Shown here: positions 54,690 through 58,756 of the stretch, one piece after another
Layout of the letters: each line of letters begins with the position of its first letter
How positions within the stretch are numbered: the first letter of the stretch is position 1
Assembly: GCA_041599275.1 (NCBI GenBank)
Contig: JBFHWX010000003.1
Location: forward strand, 1-58,756
DNA: 58,756 nucleotides
Reading direction: 5' to 3'
DNA from: Desulfobulbales bacterium
GTDB lineage: Bacteria; Desulfobacterota; Desulfobulbia; Desulfobulbales; BM004
Program-made: the position numbers and the translations under genes
Notes under the pieces: model-generated
What the model saw: only the letters and a program-made list of their open reading frames with translations
The model's database searches: none
Told to the model about the DNA's origin: nothing

Positions 54690-56192
54690 ATGCTGGGAAA
54701 AATTGTTGCCATCGACATCGCCGACGAGCTGGTCGCCGCCGTGGCCCTGCAGCGGAATCTGCAGGGGTTCGAGGTGGAGTCCGCCGCCGCTGTCCTGGTA
54801 AACGAAGAGGGCCCGCAGGCGGCTCTCGATCGCTTGCGGGGCCAACTGGACATGAAAAACGCCCAGGTAGTGGCCATGCTCGATCCCGCCGCCGTCTCTT
54901 TCCGCACCCTTTCCCTGCCTTTCAGCGACCTCAAAAAAATCCGTCAGACCCTGCCCTTCGAGCTCGAGCCCCTGGCCGCCCAGGCGGTGGAGAAACTGGT
55001 CGTCGATTTTTTGCCGGTGGCCTCCGGCGATACCGGCACCCGGGTGCTGGCCGCGGCGGTGGAACGCAGTCATCTGGCCGGCATGCTCGAGACCTTCACG
55101 GCCAGCGGCTTGCAGCCGCAGGTCATGGAACTGCGGTCCCTGCCGCTGGCCTCGGCTCTGCTGCGGGAGGAAGAGGCACCGGCCGATGGCCTTTGCCTCG
55201 ATCTGGGCCTGCGCCGCGCCACCCTCGTGCTGTGGCATCGGGGCAAGGTGGCACTGGTGCGTTCGGTACTTATTGGCGAAGGCGGCCTTGGCCGTCTGCT
55301 GGACACGGCGCCGGACGGAATCGGCCTCGAGGCCGTCAGCGGCGAAGAGCAGAGTCGGGCCCTGGGGCGCCTGGCCCGCGAAATCCGGCTCACGGTCAAC
55401 GGTTTTGCCGCCTCCGGGGTTGCCGATTACCAGCCCGGCAGGTTGTTTCTCACCGGCTGCGGCGCCCTGCTGCCCGGCATTGCCCGCCGCCTGGAGGCGG
55501 AGCTCGGCATCGCCTGCGAGTCCCTCAATCTTCTTGAGCGTTGCGCCAAAGGGCGTCTGGCCGCCAAGCTTCAAGGCTGGCAGCCGCGGCTCTTCGATGG
55601 CTGCCTGGCCCTGGCCCTGCGGGCCGTCCGCGCTGACAGCGGTTTCGATTTTTTGCGGGAGGAGTTCGAGCCGGCCTCGCGGCTGTGGCGTTTCGACCGC
55701 CGGCTGCGGCTCGCCGCCCTGCTGCTGCTGGCGGCCGGGGTGGTGGGGCTGGTCGATTTCGGGATAGGCCACTACGGCCTGGTGCGCCGCAATGTGGCCC
55801 TCGACCAGCAGCTTGCCTCCATTTTTTCCCGAACTTTTCCGGAGGTCACCCGGGTGGTGGACCCGGTGCGGCAGATGCGGGGCAAGATCGACGAACTGTC
55901 CAAGTCGGCGGTCAGTCTTCCCGGCTTTCGTGAGGACCGCAAGGTCCTCGACCTGCTGGCCGCCATCTCCAGCGCTGTGCCACCGTCTCTTCAGGTGGAG
56001 GTGAGCCGCATGGTAATCGACCAGGACGGGGTCCTGGTCAGGGGCACCACCGATACCTTCAACACGGTGGACAGCCTGAAAAAGGGGCTGGAGACGGCCG
56101 GTGTCTTCCGGGATGTGCTGATAACTTCGGCCAATCTCGACCGGGACGGCCGCCAGGTGCAGTTCGAGTTGCGCTTGCCATTGGGCCGTTGA
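54690..56192 (+). CDS. gspL: T2SS GspL (PilM-like actin fold plus PilN-like periplasmic region)
   Basis: AIDI, R.LSLPF.D.KKI.QTLPFELE, DLG, LTG.GA; TM; G.TD.FNTVD. Confidence 0.85.
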   Translation: MLGKIVAIDIADELVAAVALQRNLQGFEVESAAAVLVNEEGPQAALDRLRGQLDMKNAQVVAMLDPAAVSFRTLSLPFSDLKKIRQTLPFELEPLAAQAVEKLVVDFLPVASGDTGTRVLAAAVERSHLAGMLETFTASGLQPQVMELRSLPLASALLREEEAPADGLCLDLGLRRATLVLWHRGKVALVRSVLIGEGGLGRLLDTAPDGIGLEAVSGEEQSRALGRLAREIRLTVNGFAASGVADYQPGRLFLTGCGALLPGIARRLEAELGIACESLNLLERCAKGRLAAKLQGWQPRLFDGCLALALRAVRADSGFDFLREEFEPASRLWRFDRRLRLAALLLLAAGVVGLVDFGIGHYGLVRRNVALDQQLASIFSRTFPEVTRVVDPVRQMRGKIDELSKSAVSLPGFREDRKVLDLLAAISSAVPPSLQVEVSRMVIDQDGVLVRGTTDTFNTVDSLKKGLETAGVFRDVLITSANLDRDGRQVQFELRLPLGR

Positions 56193-56214
56193 GGGAAGAG
56201 AGGAAAAGAACCGG

Positions 56215-56742
56215 ATGAAGCTTGCGCCCAGGGAGAAAAAAGGCATACTGCTCGCCGTGCTCGTCGTCGGCGCAGCGGCCCTTCTGCATTTCGGCGTTTT
56301 CCCTCTGCTGGAGTCGCGTGCCGGTCTGCGGCGGGCTATCGCCGCCAAAGAGCAATCGGTGCTGGAACTCCGGCAATTAAGTGCCGACTACCTGGCCCGC
56401 CGCCAGAGCTCCCAGGGCATCGAGGAGCGGTTGGCCCGCCGCGCGCCCGGTTTTTCTCTGTTCAGCTTTCTCGAACAGGCGGCGGGCGCCGCCGGGGTGA
56501 AGGCCAACATCAAGTACATGAAACCCTCCACCAGCCTCGGCCAGGGCAAGCTCACCGAGTCGGTGGTGGAGGTAAAACTCGAGCGGATCAGCCTCGAGCA
56601 GCTTGCCCGCTACCTCGAGCACATCGAGAGTCCCGCCGAGGTGGTGGCGGTGAAGCGCATCTCCATCCAGACCATGAAGGAGGGAAGCGGTGGCCTCGAG
56701 GTGGTGGTGCAGGTGCTTACTTTCCTCGACCAGGGGGCTTGA
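56215..56742 (+). CDS. gspM: T2SS GspM
   Basis: L.PREK, TM, FSLFSFLE, IKYMKP, VEVKLE.ISL.QL. Confidence 0.85.
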   Translation: MKLAPREKKGILLAVLVVGAAALLHFGVFPLLESRAGLRRAIAAKEQSVLELRQLSADYLARRQSSQGIEERLARRAPGFSLFSFLEQAAGAAGVKANIKYMKPSTSLGQGKLTESVVEVKLERISLEQLARYLEHIESPAEVVAVKRISIQTMKEGSGGLEVVVQVLTFLDQGA

Positions 56743-56799
56743 AAGAAGCCGGTGTTCGTTGCCGCGCCGTGGAGACCGTACCCGGATTTCGTGAGAACC

Positions 56800-57687
56800 A
56801 TGCCAAGAACCGTGACTCTTCTGCTGACCCTTGTCGCCGCCGCCTTGCTCGTTTTGGCGGGGACGGACCTCTTTGTCCGGGTTCTCGGCCTGGGCTCCGG
56901 GAGCGAAGAGCGGGCCGCCCAGGAAGCGCCGCCCCCGGCTGCCGATTCTCTTTCGCCGGAACAGGCAACGGCCTCTGCCGGCAAGCAGGCCCTGCGTCAG
57001 GCGGTGGTGGCCCGCAATCTCTTCGGCAGCCAGCCTGCCCCGGTGGAGAACGGCGAGCCGTTGGTGGAGGTGGAAAAACTCGAACCCACTAAGCTGCGCC
57101 TGGCCCTGCTTGGCACCATCGCCGACCAGGATAACAGCGGCCGGGCCATCATTCTCGACGAATCCCAGCGCAGTCAGGCCCTTTACCGGGTGGGGGAGAA
57201 GGTGCAGGAGGCCGAGATCCGCGAAATCCTGCGCGGCAAGGTGGTGTTGCGGGTGGACGGCCGGGACGAGGTCCTGGAGATGAGCGAGAAGCCCTCGTCC
57301 GCCTCTCCGGCGCCGCTTAGGCCGCGGCCGGACATTGTGGCGCCGCCTTCGGTTCACGCGCCGACGGCTGGCCCCCAGGGAATGAGCCGGACCGAGATCG
57401 ACCAGGCGGTGGGCAACATGGGGGACGTGCTCTCCCAGGTGCGCCTCAGGCCCTACTTCAGAAACGGCGAGGTGCAGGGAGTCATCGTCAGCCAGATCCG
57501 TCGCGGCTCGATCTTTGCCAATATCGGGCTGCGCAACGGTGACGTGCTCCAGTCGGTGAACGGCGTGCCGGTTGCCGGACCCGACGAAATAATGGCCCTG
57601 GTCGAAGGGCTGCAGGCCGGGGACCAGCTCGATATTGGCCTGTTACGGCAGGGCAGGGAAGAAACACTCAACTACACCATCAGGTAG
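56800..57687 (+). CDS. gspC: T2SS GspC with a PDZ domain
   Basis: TM, RNLFG, T.LRL.LLGTI, AII, Y.VG, PDZ GSIF..IGL.NGDV..VNG. Confidence 0.9.
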   Translation: MPRTVTLLLTLVAAALLVLAGTDLFVRVLGLGSGSEERAAQEAPPPAADSLSPEQATASAGKQALRQAVVARNLFGSQPAPVENGEPLVEVEKLEPTKLRLALLGTIADQDNSGRAIILDESQRSQALYRVGEKVQEAEIREILRGKVVLRVDGRDEVLEMSEKPSSASPAPLRPRPDIVAPPSVHAPTAGPQGMSRTEIDQAVGNMGDVLSQVRLRPYFRNGEVQGVIVSQIRRGSIFANIGLRNGDVLQSVNGVPVAGPDEIMALVEGLQAGDQLDIGLLRQGREETLNYTIR

Positions 57688-57793
57688 GGTCATGCACCGT
57701 GAAGAATATGAAACGAACAGGCGGCCGGGGGAAGGGTTTTTTCGCTTCCGGCTCGTGGCGGAAAGGTTGCCGGCGGAAGGGCGGCCACTGGGC

Positions 57794-58756
57794 ATGGTGA
57801 GAAAGCGGCCCGCACGGCGGCGCGGTCTGGCGGCGGGGCTGTTCTGCATCACGGCGGTTTTCCTGGCGTTGCTGTTTTCCGGCTCGATCGTCCGGGCGGT
57901 GCAACCGCCGCTGCCGCCGGAGGCCGTTGAACAGTCCGGGCTGGAGGCGATGCCGGAAGCAGACGCCATTCTGCCGGAGATCCCGGTGGAGCAGGGTGGG
58001 CCGGTGGAAATGATGCCCGGCCTCGACGAGGTGATGCCGGCCGGCGATGGCGGCAGTCACCGCTCCCTGCCCCGTTCCCTGCCCCGGGTGGAGCGCCAGC
58101 CGGCGGCCCCCGAAACCGGGCTGCCACCTCGCTCGGCTGACGGCAAGCAGCGCTACGTCACCATCGATTTCGACAACGTCGACGTCAATCTCTTCATCAA
58201 GTACATCGCCGAGCTGACCGGCAAGAACTTCATCATCGACAAGCAGGTGCGGGGCAACGTCACGGTGATCTCTCCCACCAAGATCACCGAAGACGAAGCG
58301 TACCGGGTGTTCGAGTCGGTGCTCGAGGTGAACGGCTTCACCACGGTGCCGGCGGGTTCCATCATCAAGATCGTGCCGGCGGTGGAGGCGCGCTCGAAGA
58401 GCGTGGCCACCGGGTTTGGCGAAGAGATCGGCGCCTCCGGCGACAAGGTGGTGACCCAGATCATCCCCCTGCAGTATGCCGATCCCGAGCAGCTCAAGAA
58501 GGTGTTCGCACCGCTGGTCTCGAAGACCGCCGTGGTCATCTCCTATCCCGCTACCGGCATGCTGATCGTCACCGATGTCTGGAGCAACATCCGGCGCATT
58601 TTGCAGATCATCAAGCAGATCGACGTGCCGGCGGTGGGCGACGAGCTGGTGACCATCGGCCTCACCCACGCGGCGGCGGCGGACGTGGCCCGCTCGGTGT
58701 CCACTCTTTTCGAGTCCGGTTCGGTCTCCCAGGTGCCGGCGGCGGCCCGGGCGGCA
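57794..58756 (+). CDS. gspD: T2SS secretin, 5' part (runs off the window; alternative in-frame ATG at 57692)
   Basis: Manual translation: signal peptide, Pro-rich linker, VTIDFDNVDVNLFIKYIAELTGKNFIIDKQVRGNVTVISP, VVTQIIPLQYADP. Confidence 0.92.
   Translation, partial: MVRKRPARRRGLAAGLFCITAVFLALLFSGSIVRAVQPPLPPEAVEQSGLEAMPEADAILPEIPVEQGGPVEMMPGLDEVMPAGDGGSHRSLPRSLPRVERQPAAPETGLPPRSADGKQRYVTIDFDNVDVNLFIKYIAELTGKNFIIDKQVRGNVTVISPTKITEDEAYRVFESVLEVNGFTTVPAGSIIKIVPAVEARSKSVATGFGEEIGASGDKVVTQIIPLQYADPEQLKKVFAPLVSKTAVVISYPATGMLIVTDVWSNIRRILQIIKQIDVPAVGDELVTIGLTHAAAADVARSVSTLFESGSVSQVPAAARAA

Overview
GC-rich bacterial chromosomal segment. Gene content (rubredoxin, a desulforedoxin-like protein, a c-heme DUF3365 sensor, DUF362, a UGA-Sec rhodanese, a Geobacter-like T2SS) suggests Desulfobacterota; this is an inference. 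It holds mostly core and envelope genes: mscL, an MCP, acyl-CoA ligase plus an ACP-FAAL-PlsC fusion, DUF2339/DUF3999, a P-type ATPase, two two-component systems, a VWA/PspA module, an AsmA-like protein, fabL, tilS, ogt, PBP1A, mltD, yhbY, cmoAB and gspFGHIJKLMC plus partial gspD. No mobile element, CRISPR array, rRNA or intact tRNA was found. The most notable signals lie outside the ORF track. (1) Two similarly built, apparently sigma54-dependent small RNA genes flank the AsmA-like gene; each has an anti-Shine-Dalgarno CU tract, a related C-loop terminator and its own candidate enhancer sites. (2) A selenocysteine rhodanese-rubrerythrin fusion has a clear SECIS-like hairpin. (3) A 51-aa CxC-type rubredoxin and a 37-aa small ORF are unannotated. 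(4) An uncharacterised Cys/His domain is the only output of two different signalling proteins. (5) A 7-bp tandem repeat sits at the window start.
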